Below are positions 13,140 through 54,532 of a DNA stretch of 64,000 nucleotides, piece after piece. Under the pieces are notes generated by a model. The model saw only the letters and a list, made by a program, of their open reading frames with translations. It was not told the origin of the DNA and searched no databases. Both the position numbers and the translations under genes were made by a program. The first letter of the stretch is position 1. Each line of letters opens with the position of its first letter. The DNA is from Amoebidium appalachense (Eukaryota > Protista > Ichthyosporea). The stretch is from the NCBI GenBank assembly GCA_963693365.1, contig CAVNZM010000009.1, positions 3,040,231-3,104,230 on the forward strand. Reading direction: 5' to 3'.

Positions 13140-14150
13140 ATGATTATCAAAGAGTATCATGGTACTAGAGCTCTTGAGCCCGGAGGCTGTGCTTCTTTTT
13201 ATATTAGAGGAGTCGTCTATTTTCTTTACAATCGTTGTGTAAATTAGCTACTTATTATATATCCTTCCTCTCGTAACCCTACCACACTAAGTCTTACCGA
13301 TTTTGCAATTCTAACCCCTCCTTATGATATATATAGCTTGGAAATGTTTATTTTATCGCTGGTGACCGTTCTTTGTTTCCATAAAATTTAATGTTTGTGC
13401 CACTTTTGTGCAGAACCTTTTTCTCGTAAACACTTACTAAATAGATGCCATATTTATTTATCTCAGATTATTCCGTTCGAAATTAGAAGACTGGTTTATT
13501 TAGATAATCCTGATATTACTAAGTACGCCTACTAGTATTGACTATCAGGTTGAACCACGGTATGTTTAACGAGTTTTCTGTATGTTACTTGGTTTCATAC
13601 TCAATATCCTTTGCTTCATCGTTCAACAAGTTGTGATAAAGAGTATCATGGTAGGGCTTTTGAGCCTGTGCTTCTTTTTATATTAGAGACTCGTCTATTT
13701 TCTTTACAATCGTTGTGTAAATTAGCTACTCATATTTATCCTTCCTCTCGTAAAACTACCACACTTACCGGCTTTGCAATTCTAACCCCTCCTTGTGATA
13801 TAGCTTGGAAATGTTTATTTTGGCGCTGGAACCTTTGCTTCCATAAATGTTTGTGCCACTTTTGTGCAGAACCCTTTTCTCGTAAACACTTAGATAGATG
13901 TATTTATTTATCTCAGATTATTCCGTTCGAAATTAGAAGACTGGCTTATTCAGATAACCCTGGTATTACGTCTATTGACTATCTGTTGAACCACGGTATG
14001 CTTAACGAGTTCTCTAGGGTGTATGATTATTTAAATCGTTATCTCCTCCGTATCCGAGAGTGAGGGCTTTTATATTTTCTTCTCCGAGATATCGGTGATA
14101 TCTCGAGGGCTTCTATTTTGCTGAGCATATCAATAAAGACATTATAAAAA
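13140..14150 (+). mobile_element. Two tandem LINE ORF2 3'-end fragments (subfamily B)
   Basis: 13140-13600 and 13630-14060 are paralogous; peptide LFWRWNLCFHKCLCHFCAEPFSRKHLDRC...SIDYLLN; followed by AATAAA and an A-run at ~14133-14152. Confidence 0.65.
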
Positions 14151-14154
14151 AATG

Positions 14155-15290
14155 GTGTTCAGGTATCTCAGTATGCACTTGCTACTGGATAACTCGTGAA
14201 GTTTTTTTTATTGTCTTCTCAGTATGCCGTGCGTACTTGCATATCTTTCCGTCGAATAAATCCAGTCAAAAGAAAAAAAAAATTTTTTTTTCACTCAGTG
14301 TTCAGGTATCTCAGTATGCACTTGTTACTGGATAACTCATGAAGTTTTTATTAACGGGAGTCTGTGATCCATCCTGCGAACCTTCTTCTCTACTATAAAA
14401 CTTTTTTACGGCCGACTTTCGAATATGGACTTCCGCTATTGGCCTGCGCCCCCACCTCGTGAGGCGGCCGTGGCGCTGAAAGAGTTCGACGATTTTCAGG
14501 GTACTGCGCTGCGCACTTTGTTTCGTACTCGGTTTGTGCCTCCCTTAATCAGTATGTTTGGATTGTCGTCTGCTGTTTGTCGTATGGAGGAATTGTCTCT
14601 TCGTTTTTGTTTTCATCTACTAGTTAGGATACCTGATGGTCACCCTCTTTATGCTTTCTTTCCCCCCCCTCCCTCCATCCCTCTTCCCCCTCGATTCACC
14701 AACGCTACTTCTGAATGTCCTCAGCCTACCCTCTTTAAACCTGATTCTTCCTCTCGCTATCTCACCGTGCTCCCTCTTTCTTTTCTCTTCCTGTTTTTTC
14801 TGCCTTTTCGCGTTATTACCATACGCAGTATAAGTTTCTTTCTCCTTCTGATAGAGAAATCAAAGGTAAAACTCAGTCGACATGTGTTATGTTCCTTAGG
14901 CAACACCGTACTGATCATTATCGCTTTTTGGGAGCTTTGGCAGGATATATTTCTCCTGCTGTACGTATGGATACCACCCTAGTAGATAAGTCTGTATGGT
15001 GCTCTGATGTTGATATTGCCTGGGAAGTTGTGCTGTGGCGTTGTAATTTTTTGTTTTAATCGCCGCTGGTGCCACCTTTGTGCTGAACCTTTTAATCGCA
15101 AGCATGTTGATAGGTGTTTGTTTTTATGTCGCGTTTTACCTCTTTCCCTACGGGTGTCTGCTACACTGGCTGGCAATGTGACCACTTTACACTTTTTGTT
15201 GAATTCTGTTGGCCGTCACATCGAGTATTTATATGATTTTCACACAGTGTTCAGGTATCTCAGTATGCACTTGTTACTGGATAACTCGTG
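14155..15290 (+). mobile_element. LINE 3' tail fragments followed by a 5'-truncated LINE copy (subfamily A)
   Basis: LLYYKTFLRPTFEYGLPLL (~14382-14440) matches the non-LTR RT thumb motif; C-terminal CHLCAEPFNRKHVDRC; shared 3' sequence GTGTTCAGGTATCTCAGTATGCAC at 14155, 14298 and 15248; tail AATAAATCCAGTCAAAAG(A)n at 14256-14282. Confidence 0.75.
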
Positions 15291-16137
15291 GGGGTTTACA
15301 CACTTTAAATTTACTGCGTGGACACTGCCAGAGGCCCAGCCACATTCGACGGCCTACTGCCGTGCGTTTTCCAGCGCAGCCAATCAAATGCAGCCAGTGA
15401 CATATGTACATGCTAGGCAACAATGAGCGCCATCGTAGTATTATGCCACCCCTATTACATATTATGGGTAAGCAGAGGCTAGCATACGGGCCTGTTTGGC
15501 AACCCGGGTTTAGGGTCCTAAATCCGGATTACGGGCGATTTTGGGTTTAGCGCTAAATCCAAATCTCAAAATCCAGCCGCTGCCAAACAGACGGCCAGAT
15601 CCGGTCACGTAAATCTGGGTTTCAAACCCCTCGGACATGGCCGTAATCTGGATTCCACTAATCCACCTCGGGAGGTGGATTAGCGCGAAATCCTTTCAGG
15701 TCCTGAATGTCCGACCCAATGAATGTTCATTTTATGGAACTATATATGGTGTCCTTTTGCACCAATCGTCGATAGTTTGAAGTGGCCAAAAAAGGATTGT
15801 TGAAAGGGCGCCAATTTCTTTCTTTTTTTTTGTTATGGTGTGGGCGGGGGGATAGTGCAAGAAACATCTTTTACGTGTAGAAGTGAGTATGATGTAGTGA
15901 TCACCGTTTGAAATCATTGTTTTAGTGTTCGGCCTCGCCGCCTGGTGCAGCATTAGTAGGAATACAAAAGTACTCAGAATGACCTTTGCAACATCATGTG
16001 CAGAAAGGTGTGTGTGTGTGCAGTTTTTTTCTTTTCTTTTACCTACTATCTTTCTTTGAGGGGGGGGGGGGGGGGGGGGGGGGGACGGGGGACGGGACGG
16101 ACACATGTCACTGCACGATTCAGTGCTCATTTACTAT

Positions 16138-20544
<4,407 letters not shown>

Positions 20545-21074
20545 GGTGAGTGTCTCAAATAAAACCGTATACAACTCAGCACTTTCGTGGTTTATTACTG
20601 CTTATCACTATGGTGTATATGTGTAGCGGGTCTGCAATTGCAAGTCACCGACCGGTGATGAACAGCGTGACAGCTGCAGAGCAAATCTAACCCGAAATCG
20701 TACGTGGGCTGTTTGGCATCCATGGGTTATCTACCCGGCTTAACCCAGGTTTCGGCTGAGATCCGGATTCTGCAGCATAATCTGGATCTCGATTTTGATA
20801 TCCAGATATCCCCCGAAATCCAGATTACACTAACCCGCGTTGCCAAACAGGCCCTTAGGTAGCTCCGAAAGAAAGTTAAGGCACCGGATCACAATATCAT
20901 ACTGTGCAGCATGAATAAGGTGATCTAGGATAGTCATCTTAAAACGGATATATTGAGGAAGAGAGGAGGAAAAGAGAATGGCCACCAATAACCTCCGGTT
21001 CTACTATGTTAGCTAACAGGTTGCACTTATTGATAGATATGCAGCCGCGAGTAAACCGCCCCCCACACATATTA

Positions 21075-21236
21075 CTCGTGAAGTTTTTTATTGTCTTCTC
21101 AGTATGCCGTGCATACTTGCATATCTCTCCGTCGAATAAATCCAGTCAAAAGAAAAAGCTTTTATTGTCTTCTCAGTATGCCGTGCATACTTTGCATATC
21201 TTTCCGTCGAATAAATCCAGTCAAAAGAAAAAAAAT
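21075..21236 (+). mobile_element. Two tandem LINE 3'-tail fragments
   Basis: Match 14193-14282; each ends AATAAATCCAGTCAAAAGAAAAA. Confidence 0.75.
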
Positions 21237-21360
21237 GTTTGACAGCATGAAAAAATGAAAAAATAAAAATGAACAGATGAAAAAAGCCGTTTCCCAATAT
21301 ATACCACCACCAACATCGTCTCTCTCTGTTTACCGTGACGCGTATCATAAGTATTGGGAG

Positions 21361-21399
21361 CAAGGCCTCCTAGATAGTATTAGTATCTAGGAGGCCTTG
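21361..21399. other. Perfect 16-bp inverted repeat with a 7-nt spacer
   Basis: CAAGGCCTCCTAGATA-GTATTAG-TATCTAGGAGGCCTTG. Confidence 0.85.
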
Positions 21400-22243
21400 A
21401 TCCTAACACGTACTGACGTGTTGCCGCACGTGCGACGTTATACATCTATCTACTCAGGCGGTCCCTTTTAAGCAAAAAAAAAAAAAAAAAAAAGAAAGAA
21501 AGAAAGGAGACACCGCCTCAGTAGGTGGTAGGCCTTGATCGGGAGTGTCATGGGCCAGCCTGTTGATGAAGTTCGACCGAATCGAGCCGGCCCGGCCGGG
21601 TCCCGGGCCCTGGTCACCATATGATCCGATAAACTTGAGCTACACGCAAAAACTGTTATGGGGTTATCATATATCTGAACCCAACAGCGTAGATCGGTAT
21701 ATCAGTCACACCCACGGATAGGTGTGTCTGCAGATGCATGTAAACGACATCAATGGTGGCAAAATAAATTTACCAAAAAAGATCAGGCTGAGGTCTATTT
21801 TGGATGTCATATTTCTCGCCTGCTCGTGGCCCACGTGCCGGTGTCGTTTTGGAATGGCGATTGCACTGGGAGCTAGCCAATAGGAAGTCAAATCGGGTGC
21901 GACGTGACACTAGGCGCTGGCTGGCAGCAGGGTGTGAAATCAGGGGCTGGGGGACCCGCGCGGGGAGCGCCCGCCCTCTGTTGGGCTTCAAGGCCCCTGA
22001 AAGCCCAAAAAGTGTCACTGACTAAATTTTTGAGTTTTGGTCCACCCGTTTTTTAAAAAATGATCTAGCAGAGCTAGGAATAGAAGAAAAATGCCCCTTT
22101 CTACGGTTGCTGGCCCTGATTGAGCTACTGTATCCAGGTTGGGGAAAAGCTGTTAAAAGTGGCACTTGCAGAAAACAAATTGCGAACCCTCGTCGGCAGC
22201 TCTCAAACAGTGCTAAGTTGACGTCAACACTGGGAGAGAGAGT

Positions 22244-22828
22244 GGGCCGCTTCACCTCGGGGCTAGATTTAGAAATGCGGCAAATCTAGAAGTTCTAAAT
22301 GCCAATTTAGAACTTTCTAAATTTTTCCGGTTCGCACAGGCATAATTTAGAAATATTAGAAACTCTATATTGTTTCTTGCTTTGTTTGATATCTAAATGT
22401 AGAAACTTAACAATGCGACGGTAATAAATATTCTATAAGCTTATAAATAAGCATTTTGATATTTTTGCAAGGTATTTATATAAGTATCGCTGAAAACTTC
22501 ATAACAAAACAGAAGACAGAAAATACAGCATAGCACAGGTATGCAAAAAACCCCTTTTAGACCAATGATCTTCATTAATGTCAATGATTGGACTAGACAA
22601 AAGGCAACCGCCCAATCGGAAATCAGGTCAATATCTAGATTGGCTCCCGACATCTGGAAGACCCCCCCTCCCCCCTCTTCCAGATTCGGCATCTGGAAGA
22701 GGGGTATCCAGAATCTAGACCCCGATGGAATGCATTAAATTTAATGCGATCGATCGGACTGGGCGAATTTTAACGCTAATTATCTAGATTCCCATTATCT
22801 AAATTCTAGCCCCGACGTGCAGCGGCCC
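22244..22828. mobile_element. MITE, probably PIF/Harbinger (Tourist-like), 585 bp
   Basis: ~30-bp imperfect TIRs GGGCCGCT(T/G)CAC(C/G)TCGGGGCTAGA; 3-bp TSD AGT (22241-22243, 22829-22831); TCTAGA/TTTAGA subterminal motifs. Confidence 0.85.
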
Positions 22829-24429
22829 AGTGTCACAGTGTCAGTGCCTTTTATGACACAGGCGGGGGTGTGCTGTTCATAATCTTCAAGCACTAAATAT
22901 ATAGAGACACGGAGGTTGTGGCATTTATATAGTTGCCTGATACCCCCATTGTTTTGCAGCCTGCACAGGGTCGTGGCTTTGCGCCAAAACTAGAGAAAGG
23001 AACATCAATTGGGCCTAATTGGCTGTATTTCTGGCTTCCGTCTCTTCGCCGGTCAGCAAGTAGTGAGTGTTGCGTAGGTCACTATATCACACTTCATTTA
23101 TCTTAAAGATGCATTTGAAGGTTCCTCTCCGTCTGTAGTTGAACATCTTAATTCAAAACATGTGTAGGTTGCACTAAACATGCATACCATGCACATGCAA
23201 TAGTGCCGAACTTTGTAGACTCCCCGAAAAGCCAATTTTGTCAAACACCACTCATTCATACACACACACACAATCAAGCACACCAATGATTCTTTTGTCG
23301 AGAATGGATAGCCGGGGTTCAATAGGGGGTCTGGGGCAACATGAGGAAGCACGCGTCTACCTCCTTCAACGACTCTTACCAACTGCTTTGGACGTTGCAG
23401 TAGTGCGTCTTATTCTGAGAATCCTCACTGCTATAGTCCTCGCGTTTTTGCGCATATTAGCGGTGTTTATCCCTAGGGCGCTGAAACATCGCTACCACGA
23501 GAAATACTCGCGTCTGATTTCAGCTACTGTGACAAAGGCACATCCATCACATGCTCAAAACCAACCCAACCCAGCAAAAATCGCACCTCCAAAACGTGAG
23601 TGCATATACCCACCCCCGGTTCATGTTGAGTGCGCCGGAGTTGTTTTGGCCCCAGCGGAAGCGGAAAAGAGTGAAACAGAAGCGACACCCACAGCAGAAG
23701 CGACACCCACAGCAATACGCAAAAAGAGAGCCTCCATAAAAGTCACTGATGATTACGCGCATACAAACCGCACCGTGTCTTTGCTCTCGGCCCCTCCTTC
23801 GTGCATCCGATCTACAACCCTCCCAGATGGACTGAATGAGTTGAAAGCTGGCCAAAACACACAAGGACACGATCAACGCCGTCCATCTTTGCAAATATCA
23901 CTAAATGATTTTCGGCGAGTGGAACAACCTAAGCACCAATCGCTTGCCAAGTCGAAGCTCGTGCCGGCGCGAGCTTCACTGACAAGAGCAGCAAAAGCAC
24001 TAAGGGCTCCCCTTCCCTGCTCTGGACTGCTTAGGTGGGTCCCACTCACTTTTTAATGGCAAGAAACTAGTGCATCACAGTGTGATGGCATGTACTTTAT
24101 GCATGGGGTGTTGCACGGCTTTAGGATGGTGATGGCTTGATGCCAGGTGTGTGCATGGCATCATCACCCGTGCTTGGCTGATGGGTGAGCGTTTTAAGGG
24201 CCTTGTCGACGAGTTGGCATCTCTTCAAACTGATGTTGGCATTTCTTCTGGAATGACTACACGAGGCGTAATTTTGTTACGTGCACGGAGCAGACATCGC
24301 GCAGCCAAACAGACAGTGGGATGTCTCAGCTGACATGGTGGTTTTGATAGAACGGACAGTGTACAGTAGGAGAGCAGTGACTGTGTGTATGTGTACGCAC
24401 ATGGAAAGAGAAGGGGGGAAGGGGGGAGG

Positions 24430-24480
<51 letters not shown>

Positions 24481-25341
24481 GGGAGGATGACAAGCGGTAT
24501 AAAGCTGCTGGGCATAGACACACCTGCATGCCCCTGTCTCTCTAGCTTGTCTCTCGAATATTTTTGTACGTCCTTCTAGTATCATCGAATGATTGAGAAT
24601 ATTTGGACAAGTAACCATTTTTGGGTCTGATGGTAGACTAATTGATTTTGGCATTTGGCAGTGCCTCCGAGTCTGAGAGTGAAGACGGTCCCAGCAATAT
24701 CCCAGGCCCTTTCATTGGCCGCCAGAGACCAGACTCTGAGAAGGTTAGCCACCCCCCCTCCCCCCCCCCCCCCCCCCCCCCCCTCTCTCCCCCCCCCCCT
24801 CCCTCCCTCCCTCCCTCCCTCCCTCCCTCCCTCCCTCCCTCTCCCAGGACCCTGGATTTGGACGATAAATCAACATGGTTTGATCCAGGGACATGCCTTT
24901 AAAGAGTTCGCACTTTGTTGTGGTGTTTTGTGCGAGTCTGGTTGGGGTGACTCATGTGTAAGAGTTACATGTAATTGACTAACCAAGAATCTCGATCATG
25001 ATCAGGTTTGTTTGCGCCAGCCACGCACGCGCACACTGAGCTTAGGGTCAGGCGTCAGCAAACAAGAAAATACAGAGGAGTCGTCGCTGGGTTTGGAAGT
25101 AGAACAGGTAGTGGAAATGTGGAAAGCGGAAACATCGGCGGGGAAAACAGATGAAGAACAGGCGAAATCATCTGTGTTGGTGCATACGCGCGCGGTTCCT
25201 GCGGATTTTGATGGTGACTGTGATAGGTTATTGGCCGTGCATGCTTACAAGAGACACTACCCAGAACTGAGAGTAAGAGGACCGGGAAACGTGCTGGCCA
25301 CGCGTTCTCGTAATGTCAGTTGATTTTTTTATTATTATTAT

Positions 25342-25373
<32 letters not shown>

Positions 25374-27077
25374 GGATGAAGTTGGTGTGTTATGCAAGAA
25401 TACGATTTGGTATGGTGAATCGACGGGGGGGGGGGGGGGGGGGGGGGGGGGGTTGTTTGTTATATTATTATGATAGGTGTGAGTTCTCGTGGTATCTGAC
25501 TCTGAGATCATGAGTGGTGTTTTGTGTAAGAAAGGAATTGAGAGTGGTGAGACGTGGTATCTGACTCTGAGATCATGAGTGGTGTTTTGTGTAAGAAAGG
25601 AATTGAGAGTGGTGAGACGGCGGAGAGTGAAGTTGGTGTTGCTGAAAGGATTGACGTACAGGTCTCTTTAAACACATCGGCAGGATTTTAAAGAAGAATA
25701 AGGAGAGGAGAATTTAAAGATGTTTGAATCTCGTATAGAAAGCGTCAAGAACATGTACAGTAGCTAGATAAGTGATGATGATCTGAAAATGAGTCCGAGA
25801 ATGAAAAGAGCATGCGTAGTCATAGCGCACCCACAACACACAAAGCACTGAGTTAACACAGAACACGACAAACCTTAAAACAAATAAACACGTTGCGTTT
25901 ATAATTGTATCCCCACCCCCCCCACACCCCAAACTCTGGTGGGAAGGAAAGAACAAAGGGGAGGAAGAACAAGGAAAAAAGGAAGGACGTATATAGTCGC
26001 GCGGGGGGAGGGGGGGGGGGGTTGGTAGTTGGGGGGGGGGGGGGGGGGGAGGGGGAAGAGAAGAAAAGAGAACTACCTTCCTATATAATGTGCGCTCGAG
26101 AAACAGCTGTGGCCCATATACCGTTTTAGCAAGGCAAGATCATGTGAGTCAGGGAAAAAGATGACTGTGAAGACGCTAGCTGGAGAGAATTGAAATGCCC
26201 TCCTGATGGCAGGGGAAAGGACCGTCGAACGAAATCTATTAGTAGTATTATTAATACCCGTAAGAACGGCTTGGACACAGCACACACCCTTTTCTCTTCT
26301 CCTCCTCCTCCCCCTCCTCCCCTTCCTCCTCCTCATGGAATTTTTATTTTATTTTTATTTTATTTAATTTTTTATTTTATCCCGTTTTGTTCCCGGAGGT
26401 GCCCCTAGGAACCCTCAGGGGGAACTACCGTCTTCCACCCAGCACCGACAATACTCTAGCTAGGGTGCTGCGATGCTATTAGCTAAACTAACACACCTAT
26501 AGCAATCCTAACTACATGTGTGTGTGTGTGTGTGCGTGCGTGTGTGTGTGTGTGTGCGCGTGTTCGTGTGAATGCGTGTGTGTGTATGTGTTGGGTAACC
26601 GCCGGGAGGCCGTAGGTACTGTAAGTCGGAGAAGGGGGGGGGGGGGGGACAGGGCACATTAGCGTATAGAGAGCACGCTCCATAGCCCGGGCATCTCATG
26701 TTGTGGTCAACTTGGCAAGTCCCAAGATCTCCGAGGCTGTCTCTGGCTGTCTCGAAGCCGGGCAGTCAGTTACCAAGGATGACGTCATTCAAATCTTCCG
26801 CAGCCTGCGCGAGCAACTGTTTGGATAGGTGCGCACCACTAACAATCTCCGCAAACCTTCTAGGGGTGGGGCGTAATGTAATTGACATGAACTCCCAAAA
26901 CCATAATAACGCATGTTTGCTTGTTTAGCACGTAACCACGGATACATAAAGCTATAAGTTAGAGGTGTGTATTTGTATTTTTTTCCATAAAAAATGGCCG
27001 TGATTTATGTCTGTAACATGTGTTTTCTTAGCCTGCAGGAATCCCTAAACAGGAAAATTTGGAAATGGTGTGACTGA

Positions 27078-27238
27078 ATATGTACCTTTGCCAGCTGGTG
27101 TCCTCTGGTCACTTGTTGTTTTATTTTTTATTTTATCGCTTTGGCTCTTTCGGAGTCGGCTATTTTTGTGGTCATGTAGCCTGTGGCTGCACGTTGCCTT
27201 CACATCAACTGATCAATAAATCCCAGTCAAGAGAAAAG
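27078..27238 (+). mobile_element. Short A-tailed retroposon fragment, same family as 3573-3762
   Basis: Inverted similarity to 3573-3762; ends AATAAATCCCAGTCAAGAGAAAA. Confidence 0.6.
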
Positions 27239-27270
27239 ACTGATTACGTGCACTTAAGCCCCAGGGGTGT

Positions 27271-27737
27271 TAGGAGATTACTGAAGGTTACGATATTCCG
27301 AGAGTCGGGGTGTGATCTGATTGGATGACGACACGACCTTTAACTTCAGTTAGTCTTGCCGTGATTGGCCTCAGCGAAATAACCAGGCTATGGACATTTC
27401 TATTGGGTTAGAGGAATCGAATAACCGGGTTAATGGGTGAGTGCGCTGCTAGCCAATCAAAGCGATCACTAGGAAAATGAGCCTGAAATATGAATGTAAT
27501 GATATATGAATCAAATAACCGAGTTAAAGTTTGCATAATGTATCAATAAAGTGAATGCTAAATCTTTATGGGTCATATCGTAACCGGATCATGTCGGCTC
27601 GTGTCCTCGCTCGACCTCGTTATTTCGGCTCGCCTTGACGATTATTTTGGCTCGCCTATCGGCTCGCCAAAATAACCGACGGCTCGCCGAAATAACTTCG
27701 GTCTCGCTCGGCCACTCGCCCCATGACTCCTGATTAT
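27271..27737. mobile_element. Possible non-autonomous Crypton-like element
   Basis: ATTGG boxes and AATAACC motifs in the 5' half, nested palindromic GGCTCGCC array in the 3' half, no TIR or TSD. Resembles Crypton derivatives from recollection; not verified. Confidence 0.4.
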
Positions 27738-28266
27738 CAGTGCCCTCACATGCAGGGAACAGGGCCTAGGCTAACAGGTGAGAACAACACAGAGTAAAAT
27801 ATGTATGTACATACTACGGCTGAAACCACGAAATCTCAAAGACCACCGAGATCATAAAGCAGCCTCAAACTAAGAAGAGAGATCCATGAAAAGTGTTTGG
27901 GTCCATCACAAGTCGTTAAAAGGGCACTGTACCGGATCTCTTTCACATCGAGCCTCCAGATGCAAGATCTCGCATGCTCAGACAACCCTTTTCCCTGTGA
28001 TATTAGTAGAGTTCATCTTTCGATGCTTCGGGAAGCAGCCGAGTTTATTTAGTTCAGCACTCTGTTGAATTTTGCCTTTTCGGCCTAGGGATTGCAGGTT
28101 AGCCCCATGGGCCCACTGTGTGCACCACCCAGTTTGAATCACTCCCCAGACACCCACACGGCCTAGGCCTATCAAAGGTTTCACAACCCAACCAACACCT
28201 TCAAGTAATTGCGCAAACTAAACGCAAAACAGTACATCCATTACTTACTATATACGTTTTTTATAA

Positions 28267-38708
<10,442 letters not shown>

Positions 38709-39364
38709 ATTAAAATTAATATTGTTAAGAAAATGAAAAGAAAAAGGAACGATTATAATGTACTTAAGCATTAATGCTTTTTTGATATCGTATTTTAAAA
38801 AGGGTCGTGGACACATCTTGAAAAAAACAACGTTTTCATATGAGGTAGCAACCAGTCTATGTGGGTCACCGTGTATAAACGTAAAGTAGTGTGCACATGT
38901 ACAAAATACAGGGGCAGGGACATTTAAGCTGACCATATAAGTTAACATATCCCTTTTACACTATCTTTATGTCAAATTGCGGAATCGGCTGTTGTACATT
39001 ATCGCTCTGGATAGCTTTGAAATTAGGCGATGTCTTTGGCCTCTGGGGGAGAGAGGGAGGGAGTGGGTTGGGTATATTCAGATAGTCCGGCTTACGGTAC
39101 AACCTCCCCCCCCCCCCCCCAAAAAAAAAAAAAAAAAAAAAAAAAAAGATACACACGCCTGTATATACATACACACCCGTATTCCCCCATCTTTCGGGTG
39201 ATGAAATGTACTGTATGGCTTCAGAATTTTTATTTAAGTGGTCTTAGCAGTTGCGGACCTAGTAAAATTTAATAGAGATTCGCTACACCTTTGAAAATTA
39301 ATATAGATGGCCATCGGACGACCTAATCATGAGTTGTCTCCTCCCCCTCCCTCCCTTCCTCCCC

Positions 39365-39427
<63 letters not shown>

Positions 39428-39811
39428 ACACACATGACCACCACCATGCTTCATTCTGTGCTCTCCTGCTGCCGGCAACCAACTGCAGTCAGTACTGAAC
39501 CCAATAACCCCTCGTCGTGGCACAGCTACTGGTATACCTTGCAATTGGCCGCCTGGTGTTCTTATGGCCAGTGTCTTACATGGGAATTGATGAACAATTC
39601 CAACCACTGTTCTATATGATATGATAGGGTATATACGTATTTGTGAAGCCGCAAGTATAAAAGGCTTGAACTGTTGTCCAAATAAAGCCGTCAGTAGATT
39701 AAAAACAAACACGGTACAAGGAGGCGAGCATGACCTACAAGAGCCGGAAGACATAAAAAAAGAGACACTTCCTTTCTTTTGCTCAGTGCCATGCGTTAAG
39801 TTGTTGGGTTA

Positions 39812-53429
<13,618 letters not shown>

Positions 53430-53437
<8 letters not shown>

Positions 53438-53475
53438 TCAGCGATGGGTGCGGGTGCGCGATTGACCAATCAAAT
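53430..53475. promoter_or_regulatory. Candidate CCAAT boxes of a divergent promoter
   Basis: AGCCAATCAG and GACCAATCA about 30 bp apart, between the minus-strand gene and the PGAP2 5' region (donor AG|GTAAGC at 53838, acceptor at 54254). Confidence 0.4.
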
Positions 53476-54254
53476 CACTTTTGACTTCGAAAGTTTGACG
53501 CCAAAAGCCTTCGCCGGGAAAGCTGGTTGAACACTTTAGATTTGTCTGGGACGTTTGAAACCGAAGGTAGTTGGGAAGTGGAGTAATGTTCTATTATAAA
53601 TCTATGCTATTCCATTTTTCTGGACGGTAGTAATCTTTTTAACTTTCTGTAGAGGGTTAACGGGATCGGTTTTTTGTGCCCTTATGCTTTCTCGGCAACT
53701 CACACTTGGAACTATCCATGCACGACCAGTCTTTCGTTTGTCAGTGGCATGATCAGCCGGAACCATCTGGCTAGTTTTGACTGCATCAGCTGCCAGCCGC
53801 TCCATGGAAACCAGAAGCAGCAGCGATCGGACTGAAAGGTAAGCCACCTTGATAATAATGAAGAAGGGCGTCCCCTCCTCCCCTCCCCCCCCCCCCCCCC
53901 CCCCCCCCTCGCGTCCCTCGCCCCCGCCCCCCCCCCTTTCCCCCCCCCCCCCTCCCCCCCCCCCCCCCCCCCCTTAAATATCACCCTCTCCCTTTTATTA
54001 ACTTTCTCTATCTCTCTCTCTCTTCATCTCTCTCCCTACTTCCTTTCCTCCCCCCCCCCCCCCCCCCCCCCCTTCTACCCTTATTTCTCGTGTCTTTTTC
54101 CTAGGACCGTCCCTGTCAGCCCCTCGCTTCGCTCCGACACCAAGTTTTCCGACTGAGTTCATTGAAGTCCTCTTGGCTTTGAGTGCACAGAAATCAGCCT
54201 TCTTTTCGGTGTCAAAAAGTTGCAATTTCTTAACAAGCCTCGGTCACATCACAG

Positions 54255-54498
54255 ATGGCCGTGGATCACCGGGAGGCTTATTTCTCCTGTAGGCACAAAC
54301 ACCTAATCTTTGTGGGCTGTGCCAGCCCGGTTGCCGGGTAACAGCCCTCCCTTCCCCCTCCCTCCCCCCTTCCCCCCCCCCCTCCCCCCCCCCCCTCCCT
54401 CCTCCCCCCTCTTTCCCCCCCCCCCTCCCCCCTCCCTCTTTCTAGCTTTCTAGTTCACGTACACACACAGAGAGAGGCCCATATAAGAGAGAGAGAGA

Positions 54499-54532
<34 letters not shown>

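Larger units (their letters stand above)
8950..13140 (+). mobile_element. 5'-truncated LINE fragment (subfamily A) interrupted by the LTR element
   Basis: 8950-9397 plus 12940-13140 align with the uninterrupted paralog 14620-15240; encodes a CHFCAELFNRKNVDRC knuckle remnant. Confidence 0.75.

Noticed and set aside
21545-22860. Possible larger element bounded by GTGTCAT...ATGACAC
   Set aside because: Only a 7-bp inverted match and no TSD.
23238-25323. 272-aa ORF and nearby exon-like segments
   Set aside because: No recognisable domain and no consistent splice chain; may be a decayed gene or TE but unsupported.
25488-25618. 65-bp tandem duplication (similar ones at 7313-7420 and 4317-4573)
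   Set aside because: Ordinary local duplications with no further structure seen.
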